A stretch of DNA of 64,000 bases from positions 11,807 to 75,806 of the forward strand of contig JAJEGI010000015.1 in the NCBI GenBank assembly GCA_022819945.1. The letters are read 5' to 3'. A model generated the notes under the pieces. That model did not search any database, was not told the origin of the DNA, and worked only from the letters and a program-made list of their open reading frames with translations. The translations under genes were made by a program, and so were the position numbers. Shown here in pieces: positions 41,101 to 50,945 of the stretch; position 1 is the first letter of the stretch; the number at the start of each line of letters is the position of its first letter. Source of the stretch: Candidatus Poribacteria bacterium (lineage in GTDB: Bacteria; Poribacteria; WGA-4E; WGA-3G).

Positions 41101-41292
41101 TGAGAAAAAATTTACGACTTCCCCTGGGATAGGTCTGCCCTTATCATCAATTATTAGAACAATTGCCTCCCTTATGGTGCCAACTACTCCATTCCTATCA
41201 CGTTCTACTTTTATCATACTGTATGCGGCTACGTCGTTTATACCAATTGCGAGGATCAAGAGACAACAAAACAAAAATAGTGGCCGTTTCAT
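35122..41292 (-). CDS. giant secreted adhesin: >=8 cadherin-like repeats, YWTD/LDL-receptor-class-B-type beta-propeller repeats, dockerin repeat, T9SS-type C-terminal sorting domain
   Basis: 2056 aa; signal peptide; repeated ~100-aa units 'PVFTDGTSTSRSIAENTA.GSNIG..V.ATD.D.DT.TY.L.GTD...F.I.S.TGQL.T...LDYE.K.SY'; repeated 'GKVYWTE' propeller blades; 'YDVDGDGTIGNVD'; C-terminal 'NYPNPFNPETWIPYEL...GIYLYQLQA'. Confidence 0.8.
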   Translation of the reverse strand: MKRPLFLFCCLLILAIGINDVAAYSMIKVERDRNGVVGTIREAIVLIIDDKGRPIPGEVVNFFSGNANNTQVSATRNGTYTATIDVTTGTDGKATAYMKVIAIPIVGENVITAKVPRTNLSRACSIYTRGSIPLNTPPVFSDGDSTTRSIVENSFAGTNIGSAVGATDPNGDTLRYALTGTDASSFALDVATGQLKTEAALDYETKNSYSVTVSAYDNVSKAASASITVTINVLDGGENPPTFTEGDTATRSVAENQPVGTNIGAPLTATDPDLPEGDELRYRVDAPDPDDPNNPWRATLSTVFGIDNNGQLKTKIPMDYETQPNSYTVFVSVSDRTDRTDLITVTINVTDVEESGTGNNPPVFTEGTSAVRSLLRSEADTWNHAIGDPISATDADGHTLTYIMSGADSILLGMVSSTGQLRVSYIPPDRTSVNVTVTATDPTNLTDTISVTINIKDGVGGNTNQSPVFTDGTSTSRSIAENTAAGSNIGTPVAATDADNETIIYSLLGTDAALFGIDSSTGQLQTSAPLDYETKNSYAVQVAAIDPNGASANIDVTINVTDANDAPVFSDGTSTTLSIAENTAAGSNIGTPFAATDDEGHTITYSLGGTDSGAFGITSSSGQLQTSASLNYERKNSYTVEVTATDSNSASTSITVTINVTDVNESPVFSGGTSTSRSIAENTASGSNIGSRVSATDPDGDTLTYRLSGTDAASFRIVSSTGQLRTSAALDYETKISYSVAVTVSDSNGGSDSITVTINVTDVDESGSNPPQPPPGSNGAPVFTDGTSTSRSIAENTASGNNIGDPVSATDPDDDTITYALGGTDAAAFGIDSSTGQLRTSASLDYETKNSYSVAVAAYDGTDASASITVTINITDVDESGTDPPAPPPASNGAPVFTEGASTTRSVAENTPSGNNIGDLVPATDPDGDTITYSLGGTDAAAFGIDSSNAQLRTAASLDYETKSSYSVAVTAYDGNGASASITVTINITDVDETDADETDSDETDVDETVTDPTPPTPPDSDDEPVFTEGTSTTRSIGGTGAVDVCEIFTLTDTGTDEPQVPPMYWVDANVGAIQSLTGTDINRLAPDIQNATSVAVDRVNGKIYWTEQMGDGSGRIQRANLNGTNIQLVKELTSAPRGLAIDTSNNKLYLTNADGKVQRMNLDGTGFQPDLIVNLDAPRGVAVDAARGKVYWTEQTGDNSGRIRRANLNGTNVQLVIELQNVVHGLAIDTHTHKLYLASSMGKVQRLNVNGTDFEPNFIVNSNAPMSVAVDAADGKVYWTEGDRIRRANPNGTNIQNVATGLGSPVSLVLSPPAVEVLIAAPLRPPIYWRSQAGALQRLTATEVEGIAPTAQNIIDIAVDARAGNVYWTERTSNKRGRIRRANLNGTNVQLVKELTSVPRGIALDTSSNKLYLTNADGKMQRMNLDGTGFQPDLIVDLDAPRGVAVDAAGGKVYWTERTSNKRGRIRRANLNGTNVQLIRKLTGVPRSIALDTSKGKLYLTNDQGKVQRMNLDGTSFQPDLIVNLNSPQGIAVDVAAKSVYWTERSSIRRADLDSCNIEDVVTGLRSPVSLVLSAAPAEVLIAAPLRPPIYWYSQAGALQRLTATEVEGIAPTAQNITGIAVDVYGGKVYWTEQTSNRTGRIRRANLNGTNVQLVKELTSVPRGIALDTSNNKLYLTNAWGKVQRMDLNGEKFQPNVVVNLESPGGIAVDAADGKVYWTEQTGKHTGSVRRADLDGSNVESVRELNNVPYGITVDASKGKLYVTNSRGNVQRFNVDGSNFEGNFIVKLDSPQDIAIDAAGRKVYWTDRNGIQRANLDGSNIQDVVTGLMAPGAIAISGATATETTPPATTAAQSKYDVDGDGTIGNVDAVLVAGALGTNNLQYDLNADGSVDFLDLLLIFANFEETAGAPSGIVMKFTAVQIDNIREQIELLEATNDRSPEALRTLVYLRRLLASASPAKTQLLANYPNPFNPETWIPYELETDAHVRIVIYNTRGTVVRQLDLGHQREGYYTGKGRAAYWDGRNAVGERVASGIYLYQLQADNLSFLRKMVILK

Positions 41293-41342
41293 GAGCTTTC
41301 CTCCCTACTTATAGTACTCCAAATGGATATGGACAAGATTTT

Positions 41343-41745
41343 AGTATATCGGGCGCGGATACCCCGCCCCTACGAGCATATATCCTTCCTTTTCGTGTAA
41401 ACAGAACATCGTATATCGGGCGCGGATACCCCGCCCCTACGAACATACATCCTTACTTTTCATCTCGACAGAACATCTTATATCGGGCAGGGAAACCCAG
41501 CCCCTACGAACATTTATCCTTACTTTTCATCTCGACAGAACATCTTATATCGGGCAGGGAAACCCAGCCCCTACGAACATTATCCTTACTTTTCATCTGG
41601 ACAGAACATCTTATATCGGGCAGGGAGACCCAGCCCCTACGAACATTATCCTTACTTTTCATCTGGACAGAACATCTTATATCGGGCAGGGAAACCCAGC
41701 CCTACGAACATTTATCCTCCTTTTTCGTGTAGACAGAACATTAGC
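41343..41745. repeat. tandem array, 6 units of ~61-62 bp, immediately upstream of the giant adhesin gene
   Basis: Units 'ATATCGGGC(A/G)(G/C)GGA(A/T)ACCCAGCCCCTACGAACAT(T)TATCCTTACTTTTCATCTCGACAGAACATCTT' with drift between copies; each has an imperfect inverted repeat (GGGCAGGG aaa CCCAGCCC). Confidence 0.75.
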
Positions 41746-43122
41746 AGTTTGTCCCGTTTAAACGGATAGGTTAGATTGACAGAATAGTTGGGTTTCACTA
41801 CGTTCAACCCAATCTACAATACATAAAAATAAGCATGACAGAACATTAGTAGTATTTCAACTTTGAACTTGAGGGGAGGTTTGTAGTGGTAAGATTTATC
41901 GCACATCAAGAACGGGCAATGAATTGCCCTACTACGAACCTAATTTACTCTAAAACTCAACATTGAAGCACTAATAGCATCGCACGGCTACGAACTGATT
42001 TGCTTATTATCACACGTCTTAGCGTTACCCGATTATAGTGGGGCCCAGCATTAATTCTACACCTGGGATTCGCGGGGTTACATGAAGATTAATTTATTAA
42101 TTCGGTAATTTTTGATCGAAGTCCGGTGCGGTTGCAAACCGTGAAGAAATCCGCAGAAACACCCAAGCAATACGCAGAAATACCCAAGCAAAAACCCTGC
42201 GGGGCCCGGGGAACATGGAATTACCGATTTATTTTCTTAAACTTCATCAAACCTCGCCAGCACCTGGGATTCGCGGGGTTACAAACCCCGACAGCGCGGA
42301 GGGTGTTTTGTGTTTGCTAAGTGTTCACGTATTTTCGGACTTTACTATAAATTCGTAATCTTCATGAGAGAGATGGTATATCTATAGAAAATGACGTGTT
42401 TACGTGATTGCACGCCAGTGGCGTGCTCTGTGCATAAAAAGGTAGCAACTTGCGTTAGAATGATAAAAATAGTTGTAGGGAAATATTTGGGATAGAAGAA
42501 GGATACAGCTGCGGTGTCTCTTTTCGATAGGCGATTCGGAAACGTCCGATGAGACCGTTCCTATAAGATATTGAGATGGAAGGTATTTATGATCAAGGTG
42601 TCGCATCTGTATCACGTAAGGCGTAGAAAGATTGTTGTGTTCCACAAGGGAATCTCTGGTAGACTTACAATAACAACTTGCGTTATAAATAGTCAATTCT
42701 TATCATAAACTTGCGTTATAAACAGATAATTCTTTTTATAATTAAAATTATGATTATAAATCCTATTATCTGGCTATATTATACACAATGTTCAAAATTA
42801 TACAATACTTTTTTATCAAAAAGGAAACAAATTTAATAAAAATTGCTAATTTTGCTTCAAAAGTGCGTAATATTTTTCTTAAGTGCCCTTATATGTCAAT
42901 TTAGCGAAGAGAATTTTGTGTAAAGTTTTTGGCCGGTTTTTTTGCGGTAAGATGAAGGTTGAAGTTTTTGGTGGGAAAATGAAGATTAAGAAAATAAATC
43001 GGTAATTCGGCGGGGATACAATCCCTGCCTGCGGAGGAGGACTTTTAGTTTGTGCTGCATAAACTACAAACTAAAAGTTTGTGCTACAATTTTATTTTCT
43101 TACCGTGTTCACTGAAATGTGG

Positions 43123-44679
43123 CTATCCGTCAAAGGCGTTTGCGCGTGCCAACCGTTTATGTAGTGCCACGACTTCGTTTGCGATTGTCATATCGTCAGT
43201 CGGGGTTGGGATGACCTCTGGGGCTGGTGGGATAACGGGTCGGATAATCTTCAACGGGAGTTGTTCGCGGGCATCCATCATCCAGCCGAAGCCTCGGAAG
43301 ATGTAGGTTAATAGCGTTCTGTCGCTTTCATAGATGTCCAATCCTTCTTGGACTGCCCATCCACCGAAATCGGTGTTGGGAGTTAGGCGCAAGGGTGGTT
43401 CGTTTTCACGTCCCGGGCGGACGAAACCTTCAATAAAAGCGAGTTGATAAATGCGTTGTACAATAGCCAACCGCTTTTTCTGTCTGTCGTTGAGTTGAAT
43501 GTCGCCGTTATCAACAGCCTCAAGAAAGGGATTGAAATAGATAGCGGGTCGAGGGTCTTGCTGGATTTCGTCAGCACGTCCGGCAGCCGCGATCTCTGGA
43601 TGTCCGAAAGTCGGTAGTGCGGATTGCATCCGTTCATAGATCGCTGCTTCGAGGGCATCGGCATCCAATGGTTCGATTTGATTGATAAACGTTGTCATAT
43701 CGTGGATAGCACCGAAATGTCGATCACCATCTAAAGCCATCTGTGCAGCAACAAAAAAGTCGGAGACCGCCCCCGTGTGCAAAGTCGCGAGATAGCGTGC
43801 GACGACGTTAGACCCTGCTGAACCGTGGTGTGTCTGTATAACGCCCATCCGTTCTAAGATATTCGCTTCGACAGGACTCGCTTCACGTCCCAAGAGAAGG
43901 CTATAGCACGTTTGGAAGGCGGTCTTTTCACTTTTTTGGTGTGCGTTTATCAGATCGGTTGCGCGCATCGCGAGGACTTGCGGATGAAGCGCGGTGTTCT
44001 CTCGGAGTTGATGCCGCATATACGCGGAAACTGTCCCTACAGCGACATTCTCCATGTGTGTTTCGATGAATTCGAGCAGGAGTGCCTCGGGTTCTCGTGT
44101 GCTGTTAATCCCTTTCTGATCTGGAATACTCAGTTTACGAAGTGTTGAGAAGTGTTGAATGGCGGCTTCGGGACCGGCTTCAGGGAAGGCTTTAACAAAT
44201 TCGGCGACCTGATTGATAAGGCGTTGCTCACTGGTTAGACTCTCTCTGCGAGTTGTAATAAATTCATAAAATTTCGTATCTATTAAATCCGACAGCACGG
44301 CTTCCTCATCAAGTCCACTGTCATTTGTTCCGGGTCGTCTGCCGAAAAGCCCAGCGAAGATAACAGCTGCGGGGCTGAGTTTATCTGCGACGATTTCACT
44401 TTCGGACACAATACCGCGGATCGCGAAACTGCGGATATTCAAAGTTATTTGTGTGCCGTCACAATCGACGACGGTTTTGTGGAGTACCGGATTCGCGAAA
44501 ACGGTCGTAGATTGGGGCATCGAACTGAAACCGTTGAGTACCGCTGCAATTTTATCCTCTCCTAACTCAGTTGCCCTATTCAAGGAATCTGTTACCGGTG
44601 TATGTGTCGAGGTTTCTGGCACCTCTGACAGGATTTCTCGGAGTGCGGCTTCCTGCTTTGCCTCCAAATTCTTGTTCAA
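43123..44679 (-). CDS. citrate-synthase-like family protein (divergent)
   Basis: 518 aa; 'IQTHHGSAGSNVVARY' and 'IFRGFGWMMDA' loosely resemble citrate-synthase His/Arg active-site regions. Assignment is tentative. Confidence 0.4.
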   Translation of the reverse strand: MNKNLEAKQEAALREILSEVPETSTHTPVTDSLNRATELGEDKIAAVLNGFSSMPQSTTVFANPVLHKTVVDCDGTQITLNIRSFAIRGIVSESEIVADKLSPAAVIFAGLFGRRPGTNDSGLDEEAVLSDLIDTKFYEFITTRRESLTSEQRLINQVAEFVKAFPEAGPEAAIQHFSTLRKLSIPDQKGINSTREPEALLLEFIETHMENVAVGTVSAYMRHQLRENTALHPQVLAMRATDLINAHQKSEKTAFQTCYSLLLGREASPVEANILERMGVIQTHHGSAGSNVVARYLATLHTGAVSDFFVAAQMALDGDRHFGAIHDMTTFINQIEPLDADALEAAIYERMQSALPTFGHPEIAAAGRADEIQQDPRPAIYFNPFLEAVDNGDIQLNDRQKKRLAIVQRIYQLAFIEGFVRPGRENEPPLRLTPNTDFGGWAVQEGLDIYESDRTLLTYIFRGFGWMMDAREQLPLKIIRPVIPPAPEVIPTPTDDMTIANEVVALHKRLARANAFDG

Positions 44680-45171
44680 AATGAGTTCTCCTTCGTTGGC
44701 TATTTAGAATAATAAGTTCCGTCTTGCAAGCTTCGCTAAAATTTTAACTCGTCCGGATCCGCACAATTACCTTTCAAGTGACAGGACAGTGAGGTGCTCC
44801 AGCTTCGGTTTAAAAAGTTTCTGACTGACCTATGTCATAACCTATAATATTTTATCAGAATTCCGACTAAAAGTCAAGATAAAATTGGAAAAAATCCAGA
44901 GACATTCAATTGTCAGTGTGAGTTAGAAAGTTGGAAGGGAACTTGAGAGGAAGGTTGGAAGGACGGAAGAATGGAAGGTTGAAAGAATGGAATGCTTCTG
45001 CGGAAAAATTTGACTTGCAGAAATGCGGATTTTGTAGTATCATTATTAACGAACATATTTGATTAAGGAACCTACACGCGTATCCATATTATAGCAGAAT
45101 TACAAACACACATCGGTTGTGCGCTGCGAGGTGCCTTATATTCTATTTTTACAGATAAGGAGTCTAACTAC

Positions 45172-45492
45172 ATGCGCAATGAAGCATTAGGAATGGTTGA
45201 AACACGCGGACTCGTCGGAGCAGTTGAAGCTGCCGACACTATGGTGAAAGCCGCAAACGTCAAATTAGTTGGGAAAGAACAGGTCGGTGGTGGTTTTGTC
45301 ACCGTCATGGTTCGCGGAGATGTTGGTGCGGTGCAAGCCGCGACAGATGCTGGGGCGGAAGCCGCGAAAGCGGTCGGTGAATTAGTGTCGGTACACGTCA
45401 TCCCTCGCCCACATTCAGATGTGGAGACTATTCTCGGCGGCAGCGGTGGGAGCAGCGCGAACGCGGAAGAACCGAAGAGTAGCAGCAAATAG
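45172..45492 (+). CDS. bacterial microcompartment shell protein, BMC-H (PduA/EutM/CcmK family)
   Basis: 106 aa; near-canonical '[31 protein letters not shown]...[19 protein letters not shown]...VHVIPRPH'. Confidence 0.9.
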   Translation: MRNEALGMVETRGLVGAVEAADTMVKAANVKLVGKEQVGGGFVTVMVRGDVGAVQAATDAGAEAAKAVGELVSVHVIPRPHSDVETILGGSGGSSANAEEPKSSSK

Positions 45493-45636
45493 ATCGGCTT
45501 TGTAGGGCGGGGATGACTTTCTCGCCTTTGCCCTACGCCGCTTTACCAGAGAACATGTTAGCATGACCACGGGTTTTGTATCTAAGGTGCCGCCTCGTGG
45601 TTTTACTACGTTCTCCTTGAGGTACTGGAGGGCTGA

Positions 45637-47064
45637 ATGGCACAAATTGACGAAAAACAGATTGAAGAAATTGTTTCTCAAGTCTTAAGAACGCTGCAAC
45701 AAAATGGGGAAGCGACAGCACACCCTACGCCGTCCGCTGGTACGAGTTCCGGCCGGTCAGGGGTCTTTTCAACAGCGGAAGCGGCGATTGCAGCCGCGAA
45801 AACGGCACAGGCAGCATTCGTTAAACTTGGGTTTGACAAAAGGCGCGAAATTATTGAAGCCATCAAAGAGGTCTCGCTTGCGAATGCGAAACGGCTCGCC
45901 GATTTGGCAGTGCAAGATACAAATATGGGCAATGCGGCGCACAAGGTGATGAAAAATGAAGGTGCTGTAACACTTTCACCTGGCGTTGAGGATCTTATCT
46001 CGGAATCGATATCTGGTGATGCTGGCACACTTCTCATTGAATATGTCCCCTTTGGTGTTATCAATTCAATCACACCCACCACGAACCCGACATCAACGGT
46101 AATCAACCACGCGATTATAATGCTATCGGCAGGCAACGCAGTCGTTTTCAGTCCGCATCCGAATGCGCGTGACTGCACGGAAGAGACGATGCACGTCATC
46201 AACGAAGCGATTGTTAAGGCGGGCGGTCCGGCGAATCTGCTCACCTCTGTTGAAAATGCGAGTCTACGAACAGCAAAAGAGATCATGGAGCATCCTGACA
46301 TCGCTATGCTTGTTGCCACTGGTGGAGCATCCGTCGTGAGAACAGCATTATCAAGCGGCAAAAAGACAATCGCCGCCGGTCCTGGCAATCCCCCCGCGAT
46401 TGTTGACGAAACCGCTGACGTTCAGCAAGCAGCAAAGCATGTCATCGCAGGCACCAGCTTCGATAACAACCTGCTCTGTATCGGTGAAAAGGCACTCTTT
46501 GTCATCGAATCCGTTGCGAATGAGACGGTGAGAGAACTCACACAGAATGGTGGTCATTTGTTGAACGCGAGCCAACGGGAGGCATTAGAGGCGGTTGTCA
46601 CAGAAAAAGGTGAATCAAACAAGGCATACATCGGCAAAGATGCGACGACTATCTTGAACGCTGCGGGTATTACTGCCCCGGCACAGACAGTCGCTATTGT
46701 TGTAGAAGTTCCGGCAGACCACGATTTTGTGGTCAATGAATACTTGATGCCGATTCTACCCGTCGTCCGATGCCGCGATTTCGACGAGGCGTTGGCAGGT
46801 GCAGTGAGAGCAGAAGGTGGACGCGGACATACCGCAGTGCTGCATACGAATAACACCAAACGGATCACACAATTCAACAAAACGATGGATTGCAGCGTTG
46901 TCGTTATTAATGCACCTTCTTACGCGTCCTGTGGACTTGAAGGCGAAGGCTTCTTAGCGATGACCATCGCAGGTCCGACAGGCGAAGGATATACCCGTCC
47001 ACGCACCTTTACACGTCAGCGACGATTAACGATTGCAAACAATTTGTCAGCACATACACTGTGA
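45637..47064 (+). CDS. CoA-acylating aldehyde dehydrogenase of the BMC-associated PduP/EutE type
   Basis: 475 aa; 'AAGPGNPPAIVDETAD' and catalytic 'NNLLCIGEKALFV' motif. Confidence 0.8.
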   Translation: MAQIDEKQIEEIVSQVLRTLQQNGEATAHPTPSAGTSSGRSGVFSTAEAAIAAAKTAQAAFVKLGFDKRREIIEAIKEVSLANAKRLADLAVQDTNMGNAAHKVMKNEGAVTLSPGVEDLISESISGDAGTLLIEYVPFGVINSITPTTNPTSTVINHAIIMLSAGNAVVFSPHPNARDCTEETMHVINEAIVKAGGPANLLTSVENASLRTAKEIMEHPDIAMLVATGGASVVRTALSSGKKTIAAGPGNPPAIVDETADVQQAAKHVIAGTSFDNNLLCIGEKALFVIESVANETVRELTQNGGHLLNASQREALEAVVTEKGESNKAYIGKDATTILNAAGITAPAQTVAIVVEVPADHDFVVNEYLMPILPVVRCRDFDEALAGAVRAEGGRGHTAVLHTNNTKRITQFNKTMDCSVVVINAPSYASCGLEGEGFLAMTIAGPTGEGYTRPRTFTRQRRLTIANNLSAHTL

Positions 47065-47125
47065 CGCAAGTAGACTATTTGCGACCGGTCGAGGTCGTTT
47101 AAAACTCTTCCCAAACCGGATGTAA

Positions 47126-49135
<2,010 letters not shown>

Positions 49136-49168
49136 CAGCACATCCATTGCAGCCCGCTTGTCCCTTTG

Positions 49169-49867
49169 TTATTCAGACGACTGGTAATATGCACAAGTCT
49201 CCCGCAAACGACATTCTTGACAGTTTGGCGTTTTCTTATGGCAGATTCCGGCACCGTGTCTAACGATTAACGCATGATACTCGTTGAAAAGATCAACATC
49301 ATGGGGGAGGTTGTCCATAAACAGGGCGCGGAGTTTGGCATAATTGTATCTCCCTTCAACCCATCCTAATCGCGAGAAGAGTCTATAGGTATAGGAATCA
49401 ACCACAAAACTCGGTTTACCCGCAGCGTAGAGGATAATTGTATCCGCCGTTTCGGGACCGACACCGTAGATAGAGAGCAGTTCTTCACGCAATTCGGGGA
49501 CATCCTGCTGAAACATCACGTGCATGGGACGCTTCGTGATATAATCCACAAACGCACGCACTTTCTGTGCTTTCATACGAAAATAACGCGAGGGTCGGAT
49601 TAATCGCTCCAAGGCGGCTTGGCTGATAGAGGCGATCTCTTCGGGTGTAAAGACACCAGCATTTTTGAGATTCTCCATCGCCTTTTCGACATTGCGCCAC
49701 GATGTGGCTTGTGTTAGAATTGCCCCGAGTGCTACTTCAAAGGGTGTATCTGCGGGCCACCATTTACGATGCCCGTGTTGCGCAAGCAATTGATTATAGA
49801 GCGAAAATAGCTTTTGGGTTATATTATCTTCATATAGAATTTGCATTCGTAGATAATCCTCTAACAA
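49169..49867 (-). CDS. endonuclease III-like HhH-GPD DNA glycosylase with [4Fe-4S] loop
   Basis: 232 aa; HhH 'LSIYGVGPETADTIILYA', C-terminal 'CHKKTPNCQECRLRETC' (C-x6-C-x2-C-x5-C). Confidence 0.75.
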   Translation of the reverse strand: MLEDYLRMQILYEDNITQKLFSLYNQLLAQHGHRKWWPADTPFEVALGAILTQATSWRNVEKAMENLKNAGVFTPEEIASISQAALERLIRPSRYFRMKAQKVRAFVDYITKRPMHVMFQQDVPELREELLSIYGVGPETADTIILYAAGKPSFVVDSYTYRLFSRLGWVEGRYNYAKLRALFMDNLPHDVDLFNEYHALIVRHGAGICHKKTPNCQECRLRETCAYYQSSE

Positions 49868-49879
49868 AAAGGGAGCATT

Positions 49880-50758
49880 ATGGATTTAAGTTTTAGCACC
49901 GGCGCGGGCAACGGCGGTTGGAGCCTTGCCGAATGCGCAGCGTGGGCAAAAGCGAACGGATTTGATGCAATCCGCCCGAATGCTAATGGTACTTTTGAAC
50001 CGAGTGCCATTATACAATCCGGCGGCGAAGCAGTCAAGGAAATTTTGGATGCCAACGGTATCTATCTCGCCGCTTTGACCTCTCACTGTAACCTTCTTGA
50101 CGACGACGCGGAAACACGGGAGCGTGCTCGTGATACACTGCTGCAGGCCATCGAAGCGACACATATCCTCGGTGCACCGGTGGTAGTGACGTATGCGGGA
50201 AGTCCCGTCAGTTGGCATTTCTATGGGCAATTCTCTTCGGAACCGGGGAACCCGGGTGATCGGTCAGTTGAACTCGTTGGGCGGTTCAAGGAGATGTGGA
50301 CACCTGTCGTCCGATTTGCGGAAGAGAAAGGCGTACAACTTGCGTTAGATTGTGCCGTACGGATGGGGAATATCGCCTGTAACCCCGAAATGTGGGAACG
50401 GATCCTTGATGCGATTCCGTCAGATTCGCTTGGTTTATCTTGTGATCCGTCGCATTGGCTCTGGATGGGGATTTTACCTGCTGAAGATGCGATCCGTATG
50501 TTCAAGGGCAAGTGGTATTATGCGGATGTGAAAGATTGCGAAATCAGCCCTCAGATGAAGTTCCGACAAGGGATTATCGGGAACTGGTGGTGGCAATATC
50601 GGGTACCGGGACGCGGACAACTGAATTGGGGAACGATCACTGGCGCGCTGCAGGAATCCGGTTATGACTATGTGTTGTGTGTTGAAAATGAGGATCGGGG
50701 TGCGCCCGGGTTAGATGGTTTCGCACTCGGTGGTAGGTATCTCCGTCAATTTCTATAA
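49880..50758 (+). CDS. sugar-phosphate isomerase/epimerase (xylose-isomerase-like TIM barrel)
   Basis: 292 aa; weak family-level resemblance only. Confidence 0.5.
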   Translation: MDLSFSTGAGNGGWSLAECAAWAKANGFDAIRPNANGTFEPSAIIQSGGEAVKEILDANGIYLAALTSHCNLLDDDAETRERARDTLLQAIEATHILGAPVVVTYAGSPVSWHFYGQFSSEPGNPGDRSVELVGRFKEMWTPVVRFAEEKGVQLALDCAVRMGNIACNPEMWERILDAIPSDSLGLSCDPSHWLWMGILPAEDAIRMFKGKWYYADVKDCEISPQMKFRQGIIGNWWWQYRVPGRGQLNWGTITGALQESGYDYVLCVENEDRGAPGLDGFALGGRYLRQFL

Positions 50759-50945
50759 GTGGCTGTCGGCAGTCAGCGATCAGCAATCAGAAGTATTACG
50801 CACCGCAGGCGGGGTTTTAAACCCCGCCTGCAAAGGGGAATGCGTAAGTACTATAGTTTTCAGTTGTCGGTTTTCAGTTTGAAATTGATTGGGATTTGTG
50901 GTAATCTACAAATATATTTATCCTAACTGAAAAGATACAAAAAAA

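Noticed and set aside
35151-41314. Numerous 60-160-aa ORFs on both strands within 35122..41292
   Set aside because: All lie inside the 2056-aa adhesin gene. Several are duplicated because of the gene's internal DNA repeats. They are not independent genes.
41343-41745. Possible CRISPR array
   Set aside because: The whole ~62-bp unit repeats contiguously with only point drift. There are no unique spacers of constant length and no cas genes in the window, so it is a tandem (minisatellite-like) repeat.
42400-42696. 98-aa minus-strand ORF in the AT-rich intergenic region
   Set aside because: Low-complexity, no RBS or context, embedded in repeat- and iteron-like DNA; treated as non-coding.
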